Virus record (IMG/VR): IMGVR_UViG_3300029288_000066
Span: 64,001-128,000 of that record
Length of the DNA stretch: 64,000 nt
Direction: 5' to 3' (one strand)
Source: a virus
Taxonomy: Duplodnaviria; Caudoviricetes
The notes under the pieces are model-generated. The model was not told the origin of the DNA. It saw only the letters and a program-made list of their open reading frames with translations, and made no database searches. The position numbers and the translations under genes are program-made. Below are positions 56,432 to 64,000 of this stretch, one piece after another. Each line of letters starts with the position of its first letter. Position 1 is the stretch's first letter.

Positions 56432-56511
56432 TGCTGGATTGCCAACTCACCGTATGGGGCGTGGAGAGTAGGACTCTCGGCCAATGTTGACAGTTTATGC
56501 CCACTCCAGCA
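56432..56511. ncRNA. Unidentified 80-nt GC-rich structured element
   Basis: TGCTGGA/TCCAGCA, TGTCAAC/GTTGGCA and GAGAGT/ACTCTC stems in an intergenic gap. Confidence 0.45.
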
Positions 56512-56515
56512 CATT

Positions 56516-56971
56516 TTATCTACTAACTTTAATGTCTGCTTCTGGGTACCTATAACAAGCACCCAGGTAATCTTCAACGAAATTAACAAGACCGTTGTAA
56601 GTGCCCCACCCGTTTTCTGGGTTAAGTTTTTTGTATTTTTCTGGTTCTATTTTAAGCTTGTGTAATCCTTCACGCAATGGGTCAATCAACTCTTTTGCTT
56701 TTGTAATTTCAAGCTCTTCTGGTCTCCATAAATGTTTGTATATGCCAGCCTCCTCAGCCATATCAGTCAAATTATGAGTGATATTCGCAGAAAAAACCTC
56801 ATCACTTTCAACCTCTTGCGGCACCAATTTGACAGGTTCTCTTCCAGGATTTCTTTTGTTCCATTCCTCTATGGAAATTTCCTTTGTTTGTCCGCCTTCA
56901 CGAACAAATATACCAGATGATTCTTTTACCACCGCAGCACCTTTAAGATTTAAAGAAATATCTAAGCTCAT
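56516..56971 (-). CDS. Conserved-looking phage hypothetical protein
   Basis: MSLDI..ANITHNL..M..AG..NPENGWGTY. Confidence 0.75.
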   Translation of the reverse strand: MSLDISLNLKGAAVVKESSGIFVREGGQTKEISIEEWNKRNPGREPVKLVPQEVESDEVFSANITHNLTDMAEEAGIYKHLWRPEELEITKAKELIDPLREGLHKLKIEPEKYKKLNPENGWGTYNGLVNFVEDYLGACYRYPEADIKVSR

Positions 56972-57206
56972 TTTAACCTCCCTTTATTCCAAAGTTATTT
57001 TTCCATTTAAAATATCTTCTCTGATTTTTTCTTTATCTTCAAAGACTTCTTTAATGAAGTGAACACTCTTTGGGTCGGTTAATTCTTCCAGCTGCTGTAG
57101 CAGCATAGCTCTGCCATCTGGAACATTCATTTGTATTACTTTTCCTTTTTCTTTTTCCATGCTTGTAAAATTGGTTTGTCTCTTATACGAAAAAATATTT
57201 TAAAGG

Positions 57207-57569
57207 TTACTTGGATATTGTAATTGTAGAATAAAAATCTATATTAACTGGTGTGCTTGCATATCTAACAAATTTGCCATCTAATTGTGAATCAATCTCT
57301 AAAAGCACATAATCTATTGGCATTTCAGCAAAATAAAGTTTGACGAGATTTTTCCCCATCTTCCCTGGAGAAAATTTGTAATATTTAATTTCTTTATTAA
57401 CTTCATTCAGCATATTCCAAAGATTCTCAGAAAAGATTTCTATCACTGGAGTATATATCGACAAATAATCCTTTTTTTTAGAAATCAAGCCATAATAATA
57501 AAGAAGCCTGTAAACGCCGCCTAATATTTCAAACGATGGAATCTTGTCTTTATATAATATTTCCATTTC
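57207..57569 (-). CDS. Hypothetical protein
   Basis: Likely start MEMEILY; start uncertain. Confidence 0.5.
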   Translation of the reverse strand, partial: EMEILYKDKIPSFEILGGVYRLLYYYGLISKKKDYLSIYTPVIEIFSENLWNMLNEVNKEIKYYKFSPGKMGKNLVKLYFAEMPIDYVLLEIDSQLDGKFVRYASTPVNIDFYSTITISK

Positions 57570-57918
57570 CTTCCTTTCTGTGCAAAAAACAATCTTGGGT
57601 ATGATACTGAAATGTGTTTGGAATAAATAAAACATCCTTTTTTTGCTTCTCACAATACCCAAAATTAATCATTGCTTCTTTTTTATTAAACTGGAACTTC
57701 ATAGATTCTGCTTCTGTCATCAGTCTATCCCACATTTCCAAATCATAAAATCTATCTTTATACCACTTTGCTTTTTTAATTATCTTTCCTCTTATTAAAT
57801 GAAAATAGTCTAATTGCATTTTGTGGCTAAAAGCCGATGATTCTTCAAATTTCTGAAGATTTCTTTTCATAAAAAAACAATCGTTACAATTACAGTCTAA
57901 TTTTTGTAACTCTATCAT
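57550..57918 (-). CDS. Hypothetical protein
   Basis: DCNCNDC..GYC..C.H motif. Confidence 0.65.
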   Translation of the reverse strand: MIELQKLDCNCNDCFFMKRNLQKFEESSAFSHKMQLDYFHLIRGKIIKKAKWYKDRFYDLEMWDRLMTEAESMKFQFNKKEAMINFGYCEKQKKDVLFIPNTFQYHTQDCFLHRKEGNGNII

Positions 57919-57936
57919 GCCTGCAGAATTACATTT

Positions 57937-58332
57937 TTAAGTATATTTTATCACAAAATCCACACAAGCGTTATAAACAGCCCTGTGAGATACTTGTAGA
58001 ATTGCATCTTGATAAATTTCTTTATCCGTTTCTTCTTTTTTTAGGTCACAGACCCCTTTATGCTGCACTACATTGACATATCCGTCTGGTTTTGATGTGT
58101 CGTGCCACTCTTGAATGAAAACCTCTGTCTCGTCATCTTTTATCGAAAGTAAAACTCTCATTTTATACCCGTCTCTTGGGTTATGGTTTATTTTGTGCAT
58201 AATCCACCTTAAAAATTCGAATCCAATTACTGGGTCATGTGGAGAAAATTGACTGTAATCTGCTTCATCATATCCAAGATACTTAAAAAGAATCTTGTTG
58301 TATTTTTTTGGATTTGCTAGATAATTTTCCAT
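57937..58332 (-). CDS. Hypothetical protein
   Basis: ORF in the minus-strand run. Confidence 0.6.
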   Translation of the reverse strand: MENYLANPKKYNKILFKYLGYDEADYSQFSPHDPVIGFEFLRWIMHKINHNPRDGYKMRVLLSIKDDETEVFIQEWHDTSKPDGYVNVVQHKGVCDLKKEETDKEIYQDAILQVSHRAVYNACVDFVIKYT

Positions 58333-58334
58333 AT

Positions 58335-59063
58335 CTAAAACAACTTTGGATTGTTAATATATGATAAGACACGTTCTGACAACTTTGCAGCAGTGTTTTC
58401 TCCAAAATCATCAATTGTTTCTTCGGTTTCTTCGTTGATTAAATCTCTCCAAACCAATTTGCTTTTTACCGTTGTATATGGTTTTGAAAACGTAAACCAA
58501 CACTTATGCAAAAAACTATAAGCCCTTTTGGGAACTCTTTTGTAAATTACACGCTCAGTTGGGGGTTTCTGTGGAAGAGTCTTCTTAATTTTTTTTTCTT
58601 TTTTTATAGGAGTGCCAAGAATTTTTATTTTTTTATTTTTTAATAGCCATATTAGAACCATTGCCAATGCATTGGAGAGTTTTTTGTTCGATTCTGACAC
58701 CAATATTTCAAGGTCTCTTGACAACTTATTATCTTTATAATATGCAATTGGGGAATCTGTCAAATATTTAATGCATAGACAATAAGAAGACCAACCATTG
58801 TGGTTATGTTTTATTTCTTTTGGAAGAATTTTTAACAACTCTTCTGTGGTAAATGTAGAAGTTATTTGTTTTTGGGTTTCTTTATTTCTTCTATCAAAAT
58901 GAAATCCAAAAACATTAGTATCTTTTACTTTAAAAGGTATAAGAAAACTTGCTTTTGTAAACTGGCTATGGTCATATATTGCATAACTAGTTGTTTGGTC
59001 TACTCCTAATTTTTTAAGAGTTTTTGCGTATTTTAAATCGCAAGTAATATCTTTTAATTCCAC
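58335..59063 (-). CDS. Hypothetical protein
   Basis: AKTLKKLGVDQ..FTTEELLKILP. Confidence 0.65.
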   Translation of the reverse strand: MELKDITCDLKYAKTLKKLGVDQTTSYAIYDHSQFTKASFLIPFKVKDTNVFGFHFDRRNKETQKQITSTFTTEELLKILPKEIKHNHNGWSSYCLCIKYLTDSPIAYYKDNKLSRDLEILVSESNKKLSNALAMVLIWLLKNKKIKILGTPIKKEKKIKKTLPQKPPTERVIYKRVPKRAYSFLHKCWFTFSKPYTTVKSKLVWRDLINEETEETIDDFGENTAAKLSERVLSYINNPKLF

Positions 59064-59067
59064 AATA

Positions 59068-59568
59068 TTAAACTCCCATTAATTTATCAAGCTCCTCCCA
59101 CATAGAATCAACGTGCCCAGGAACATATAACTGCTCTTTAAAATGAGCATACTCTTTTTTGTACATCTTACTCATTCCGTGACCGCTTTTAACAGAGTGT
59201 CTTGTATTTGCAAGTCTGTCGGCCACTTTGATTTTTACCGCTTGAGCATTCTGCTTTAAATCATCATAGAACTTTTGGCTTTTTCTCTCTTTTCTATTCC
59301 TCCCCCTTTCGTCTGTACACAAAAAAACAACTTCGGCAATTTCAATCCCAAATGCTTCTTTCAAGTCATTATAAGACAAATCGGTGCCCTCCAAAATATC
59401 ATGAAGTCGACATTGAATCCTACTTGAGACATCAGCGCAACCATGGTCAATTAAGACCTGTTCTGTTTCATCCAAATGAACATAATACTCCTGGTTTCCA
59501 TATCTCTGCAGAGAATGCCACTTTGCAGCAAACTGTACAGCCTCTAAATATTTTTCACTAAGCTCCAT
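59068..59568 (-). CDS. Stand-alone RSH-type HD hydrolase (small alarmone hydrolase / Mesh1-like)
   Basis: AVQFAAKWH..Q..Y..H, LHDILEGT, FG.EIA, KVADRLAN. Confidence 0.8.
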   Translation of the reverse strand: MELSEKYLEAVQFAAKWHSLQRYGNQEYYVHLDETEQVLIDHGCADVSSRIQCRLHDILEGTDLSYNDLKEAFGIEIAEVVFLCTDERGRNRKERKSQKFYDDLKQNAQAVKIKVADRLANTRHSVKSGHGMSKMYKKEYAHFKEQLYVPGHVDSMWEELDKLMGV

Positions 59569-59569
59569 A

Positions 59570-60718
59570 TTATCTATAAGTACGACGAACAACTTTTGTG
59601 TTCCAAATGTTTAAATATTTTTTATTTTTTTTATTCTGTTTTATTGCAAATCTAATTACCTTGGGATGAGAGAAACCAATAGCAAGATTGCATAAATCAA
59701 CACGCCCATTGTCTTTGAAAATATAATCCACTTTTTCGTGCAAATAACTTGCAATTTGTCCTGCCTTTTTGTTAGACAACAGCCCATTTAGAAGTCCATC
59801 AAAAAGAACCACTGTGTTTCTTTGCGCCGTATCCACAACTTCCTTTAAAAAATCTGCATTGAAGCATTCAACATCAAAGAATTCTATAACAGAGTAAAAT
59901 TTGTTTCTTACAATGTCATAATGTTTTAAAAACGCCAGCGCTATTTCCTGATTCATATAATACTTTTCTGCTGTAATTTTTTCTATATAAGGAGGATACT
60001 TTTTTGCGATTTCCAAAATTTGTTCTTCCGTCAATTTACTTGGCTCTATACAACTTAAAAAAAGTGGAGAAACGGAATATGCAAATCCTTGTATTTTTTC
60101 ATTATTAAACACTCTTAATGGAGAAGAGAAATTTTTCAAATGTTGGTCATAAAATTGTGAAACCTTTTCGTCACGCTTTACAATATTAAGAGTAAACAGC
60201 ATCAAGGATTCATCTACAAGTTCTTTTTTGATGTAGTGTATTAACGTCACTTCTTTTTCAATGGCTTTGGCGGCCTGCTCTTTGGTGTAGTTCTTTACCT
60301 TTAATATAGAACTCGGCTTTAAATCAATTGCCATTTGAACATCTTCTTCCGTTGGTTCATTGATATACTCAATGTTGTCGGGGTCTTTGGCAATTACAAT
60401 TGATTTTGAATTTTCATCTTGCACACTGGCAAACTGTATGGCTGCTGGATTTTGATAAATGGCTGTTAAAACCATTTCTTTTGTTTGCTCTGGCATAATA
60501 GAAAGCTGCATTCCATCGACCAGAAGTCTTTGCAACTTGTTTATATACCTTTCAACATTAAGCGTGTTAACGCCATCGGCATTGAGCCCAAGTGCAGCAG
60601 ATTTTACAACAATTTCTTGTGTGAAATCTCCTAAAATCTTAGGATTGTAAATGAGTAGTCCTTTTGAGCTTTTGTTAAGCCTTTTATCAACTTGTTCACT
60701 TGTACAACAATTTTCCAT
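59570..60718 (-). CDS. Helical repeat protein
   Basis: Repeats of the type QTKEMVLTAIYQNPAAIQF / PTEEDVQMAIDLKPSSI. Confidence 0.65.
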   Translation of the reverse strand: MENCCTSEQVDKRLNKSSKGLLIYNPKILGDFTQEIVVKSAALGLNADGVNTLNVERYINKLQRLLVDGMQLSIMPEQTKEMVLTAIYQNPAAIQFASVQDENSKSIVIAKDPDNIEYINEPTEEDVQMAIDLKPSSILKVKNYTKEQAAKAIEKEVTLIHYIKKELVDESLMLFTLNIVKRDEKVSQFYDQHLKNFSSPLRVFNNEKIQGFAYSVSPLFLSCIEPSKLTEEQILEIAKKYPPYIEKITAEKYYMNQEIALAFLKHYDIVRNKFYSVIEFFDVECFNADFLKEVVDTAQRNTVVLFDGLLNGLLSNKKAGQIASYLHEKVDYIFKDNGRVDLCNLAIGFSHPKVIRFAIKQNKKNKKYLNIWNTKVVRRTYR

Positions 60719-60735
60719 GTTTTCAAAATTTATAA

Positions 60736-62166
60736 TTAACGATTTCTTTTCATTTTTAATTCTCTTTGAGCCTCTCTTTCCTGAGTTTTCTTCTTTTCCA
60801 ATCTTCTTTCTTTAAAGGTAGGTCCAGAGTTTTTGTCCTTTATGTTTAATAAAGGCTTTAGTCTATCAATAATGGTAGCAGTCGGCTCAATAGCCGCTTC
60901 AATCATCTTTGAGCTTTTATACGAATTCGGAGCCTCATCTATAGTGCCACGCACAACCGAAGTAGAATATATTCCTTCCATTTGTTTTCTAAAAGTATCC
61001 ATGTCAAGAGTCTCTTTTGCTTTTGTTCTTGACATGCATCTTCCAGCCCCATGAGGTGAAGAAAAATTCCACTCAACATTTGATTTGCCTTCGCAAACCA
61101 ATATTCCATCTCTCATATTGAATGGGATAATCATTCTCTCTCCAACATAAGAACGGATAGCACCTTTACGAATAATAAAATCCCTAAAGTCAATAAAATT
61201 ATGGATACTTTCTATTTTATCAACTGGGATAATTCCTCCTAATATATTACAAACAATATTAAGCATCATTTCTCTGTTGAACTGTGCGTATTTTTGGGCG
61301 ACAAGCATATCAATAAGATATTCAAAAGCAGCGTTTCCTTCCAAAAATTCCATTCCTTTAACATCAAAATCGAAATCAAGGCCTAATTCTTTTTTTGCCT
61401 CAGAAATTAAAGAAGAAATCTTTGATTTATCTTCAGTGTTTTTTGTGATTTCTTCAATTTTGGCTCTTAAAATGTCGTTTCTGTTGTGGTCAAGTCCCTT
61501 CTTTGCCTTGTCCTGGTGATATTCACAAATCATTTTTCCAAAATTTCTTGACCCAGAGTGAATAGTTACCCAAACATCCCCACAACTATCTGATTTTGAG
61601 ACTTCTATAAAGTGATTGCCCCCACCGAGAGTTCCAATTGACAACTCAGCACGATTTGGCTTCATTCCAATCTTCTTACATAAAGCTCCAAAATCTTTAT
61701 AATCGTATTTACTGTAAGAATAGTTAGTTCCAAATTTTACATTATAAGCCCTAATAAAGGCCAGCATTTCATTATTAAGCACTTCCCAATGAAAGTATTT
61801 ATCAAATGAAAATTTATCATTAAAATTGAATTTAAATTCTTTTTCGTGAGTATTAATTCCCATAGGAACGTCTCTTCTTAATCTATCATCGAATTCTTTT
61901 AAAGTAATGGTTAATTTGCTACCAATGTTTGCTGATAGCATACCGCAGCCTATATCCACAGAGACGACATTAGGAATTATTTTAATTCCCATAGGCATTG
62001 TAAATCCAACACAACTTCCCTTCCCTGCGTGTCCGTCTGGCATTACAACAACTCTATTATCGAATGCAACATGACTAATCATCCTATAAACTTGATTAAT
62101 CATTTCCTGTTCAAACTCATCAATTGTTAAATATGCCGTTGTAAATTTCCCCTTAAGCTCTATCAT
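60736..62166 (-). CDS. rtcB: RtcB RNA ligase with basic C-terminal tail
   Basis: MPDGHAG, VDIGCG, GTLGGGNHFIE, HSGSR, HNFID, HGAGR, DEAPNSYK. Confidence 0.95.
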   Translation of the reverse strand: MIELKGKFTTAYLTIDEFEQEMINQVYRMISHVAFDNRVVVMPDGHAGKGSCVGFTMPMGIKIIPNVVSVDIGCGMLSANIGSKLTITLKEFDDRLRRDVPMGINTHEKEFKFNFNDKFSFDKYFHWEVLNNEMLAFIRAYNVKFGTNYSYSKYDYKDFGALCKKIGMKPNRAELSIGTLGGGNHFIEVSKSDSCGDVWVTIHSGSRNFGKMICEYHQDKAKKGLDHNRNDILRAKIEEITKNTEDKSKISSLISEAKKELGLDFDFDVKGMEFLEGNAAFEYLIDMLVAQKYAQFNREMMLNIVCNILGGIIPVDKIESIHNFIDFRDFIIRKGAIRSYVGERMIIPFNMRDGILVCEGKSNVEWNFSSPHGAGRCMSRTKAKETLDMDTFRKQMEGIYSTSVVRGTIDEAPNSYKSSKMIEAAIEPTATIIDRLKPLLNIKDKNSGPTFKERRLEKKKTQEREAQRELKMKRNR

Positions 62167-62261
62167 AATACAATATTTTTAACGTATACGAATTTTTTTA
62201 TTAAAAGTTGCCAATTTAATAATTTTTTATTATATTTATAATAAAGTAAAATTAAAGTAAT

Positions 62262-62414
62262 ATGAAAGTAAAAAAAAATTTTAAGTTGTGTAATTTTCAG
62301 TTGCCAGTTGAGATATGTGATTATCTACAAAATGTTTCATCCAAAGAATATATGTCTATGACCCAATATGTAATTCAATTAATAAGAAAAGACAAAAACA
62401 AAAAAACTAAATAA
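62262..62414 (+). CDS. Small RHH-like protein, 50 aa
   Basis: MKVKKNFKLCNFQLPVEICDYLQNVSSKEYMSMTQYVIQLIRKD; TATTTATA at 62233. Confidence 0.7.
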   Translation: MKVKKNFKLCNFQLPVEICDYLQNVSSKEYMSMTQYVIQLIRKDKNKKTK

Positions 62415-62422
62415 TTTAAAAA

Positions 62423-63505
62423 ATGTTATTAACTACACACTGTATGGTGACTATATATTCAAGTAGAATAAAAAACTACTATAATTCTATAGGATATGAA
62501 TGCAAAATTCATGATAAAATTAAAGTTAAAATAGAGCACATATTTAAAACTGTTAGAGGGAAGGTTGATGTCAAGTGCGACTACTGCGATAAAATACAAA
62601 AAATAAAATATTCGAAATTTTTACGTAGTACGAAGCATAATACATGCAAATATGCTTGCTGTAACTCTTGCGGCGGCCTAAAATCAAAAGAATTTTTAAA
62701 TCAGAATTTTAATGTTATTAATGTAAGTCAACTTGAGTCTGTTAAGAATAAGAAAATAATAAAAAGTCAGCAGGCATATGGAGTTAACAACGTAAGCCAA
62801 TCAAAAATAATACAAAATAAAGTTAAAAGAACAAAGAAAAAAAGATATGACGATGAAAATTATGTTAACATCAAAAAGATAAAAGAAACTAAATTAAAAA
62901 GATATGGAGACCAAAATTATGGAGCATTTGGCAGTATTTACTATAATAAAAAAATAAAAGAAAAATATGGAGACATAAATCCGAGCAACACACCAGAGGC
63001 AAGACAAAAGTCAAAAAACACATCAATTAAAAATTATGGAGTTGAGTATCCTTCTCAAAGTAAAATCATAAAAGACAAAACTGCAAAAACAAACATAGAA
63101 AGATATGGAGTTGTAGCTCCATTACAAAACTCAGAAATATTTAGCAAAAATCAAAAAAACGCTTTTAAATTAAAATTACACAAAGAGACTGGCCTTTATT
63201 ATAGAGGAACATATGAAAAACATTTTTTGGATTATTGTTTTATCCAAAACATTGATGTTGCCCCTGGGTTACCTATGTCATATTTTTATAAAGACAAAAT
63301 GAAAGTTTATCATTCTGATTTTTATTTAAAGCAATATAATTTAATAATAGAGATTAAAAGCAAATATTATTACGAAAAATATTTAGAAAGAAATTTGGCC
63401 AAACAAAAAGCTTGTATAAAACAAGGCTATGATTTTATTTTTATAATAGATAAAAACTATGAGTGTTTTGAAAATATTTTAAATAAAGTTTCTAATTTAC
63501 CTTAA
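62423..63505 (+). CDS. Putative homing endonuclease, paralog of 7558-8640
   Basis: VKCDYC, YGV repeats, FKLKLHKETGLYYRGTYEK..SDFY..IIEIKS..KQKACIKQ. Confidence 0.8.
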   Translation: MLLTTHCMVTIYSSRIKNYYNSIGYECKIHDKIKVKIEHIFKTVRGKVDVKCDYCDKIQKIKYSKFLRSTKHNTCKYACCNSCGGLKSKEFLNQNFNVINVSQLESVKNKKIIKSQQAYGVNNVSQSKIIQNKVKRTKKKRYDDENYVNIKKIKETKLKRYGDQNYGAFGSIYYNKKIKEKYGDINPSNTPEARQKSKNTSIKNYGVEYPSQSKIIKDKTAKTNIERYGVVAPLQNSEIFSKNQKNAFKLKLHKETGLYYRGTYEKHFLDYCFIQNIDVAPGLPMSYFYKDKMKVYHSDFYLKQYNLIIEIKSKYYYEKYLERNLAKQKACIKQGYDFIFIIDKNYECFENILNKVSNLP

Positions 63506-63728
63506 TAAATCTGTGTAAGCTAAAACAGTTCTTTAAAATTGGAGAATCGCAAAATCTGCACCAGCTTATGTTGTCATCGAATCCATATAATTCTAGCAAG
63601 TCATCTCCACAGGCTGGGCACTTTAATACAGACCTTACTTTATATGTTTCTTTTATTTTTAAATATTTTGATTTTTCACCAATATATTTAACAATATCAC
63701 CGCTTTTAACAATCTCTTTTTCTGTCAT
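63492..63728 (-). CDS. Small Zn-ribbon hypothetical protein
   Basis: CPAC..CRFC. Confidence 0.55.
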   Translation of the reverse strand: MTEKEIVKSGDIVKYIGEKSKYLKIKETYKVRSVLKCPACGDDLLELYGFDDNISWCRFCDSPILKNCFSLHRFIKVN

Positions 63729-63982
63729 CGCTTACACTTTAAATGATACATCCCAGCATAGTATCTATAGCGTGGTGAGCCCACTTTTCTAAAAGGTCTT
63801 CTGTTGTTAAAGAACTTTATTTTATCTATCCCACAGTTTTTAAAAAGTTCATTTACCAAAAGACACTCTTCGATTGGAACCCTAAAATTAGTTCCTGCTT
63901 TATAATAAGAATTTTTATTTGAAATGTCTTTAAACCCCTCTATATCGTGATTTAAATTTAACTCAACTATCTCGAACCCCAT
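63725..63982 (-). CDS. Hypothetical protein
   Basis: ATGA-coupled to the downstream ORF. Confidence 0.5.
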   Translation of the reverse strand: MGFEIVELNLNHDIEGFKDISNKNSYYKAGTNFRVPIEECLLVNELFKNCGIDKIKFFNNRRPFRKVGSPRYRYYAGMYHLKCKR

Positions 63983-64000
63983 ACGAATATGTGCTGCAAG

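Noticed and set aside
1-64000. CRISPR array or cas genes
   Set aside because: No regularly spaced direct repeats were seen; the repeats present are protein-coding.
1-64000. Bacterial chromosome origin, given clpP, dnaJ, coaD, sigma70, rnpB and the ABC transporter
   Set aside because: These genes lack their usual operon partners, sit among many short orphans, homing endonucleases and denV, and share a private promoter motif. A jumbo phage fits better, though no capsid gene is in view.

Overview
This is an AT-rich, gene-dense, mostly minus-strand segment that looks like a jumbo phage genome using the standard genetic code. The host is inferred to be Bacteroidota from TAnnTTTG promoters, a short Bacteroidota-type sigma70 and a GEN-type tmRNA tag. 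No clear capsid or tail genes are present. The window carries recD2, denV, two sigma factors, clpP, dnaJ, coaD, a MazG-NadD fusion, an ABC/OmpA/porin/PspA-like operon, SAM decarboxylase and a deoxyhypusine-synthase-like gene. It also has RNA-repair and counter-defence candidates (RtcB, Tpt1/KptA, NADAR, 2H and MBL phosphodiesterases, HD and CYTH proteins), a Zn-repeat/helicase/Rrp8-like methyltransferase fusion and several RHH-plus-endonuclease modules. RNA genes are 11 tRNAs (Gln, Phe, Arg and Val only), an RNase P RNA and a circularly permuted tmRNA. The top finding is an unannotated 31-aa leader peptide (54044-54139, minus) directly upstream of the tRNA array. It contains 12 consecutive codons, QRFFQVVFFVQQ, drawn only from the four amino acids served by those tRNAs, and it is coupled to a mutually exclusive antiterminator/terminator pair. 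This is a candidate ribosome-stalling attenuator that switches on phage tRNAs when those tRNAs are depleted. About 20 ECF-type promoters (AAC-N16-CGTAT) and two other promoter classes suggest a sigma cascade. All family assignments come from motif recognition by eye; no database searches were run.
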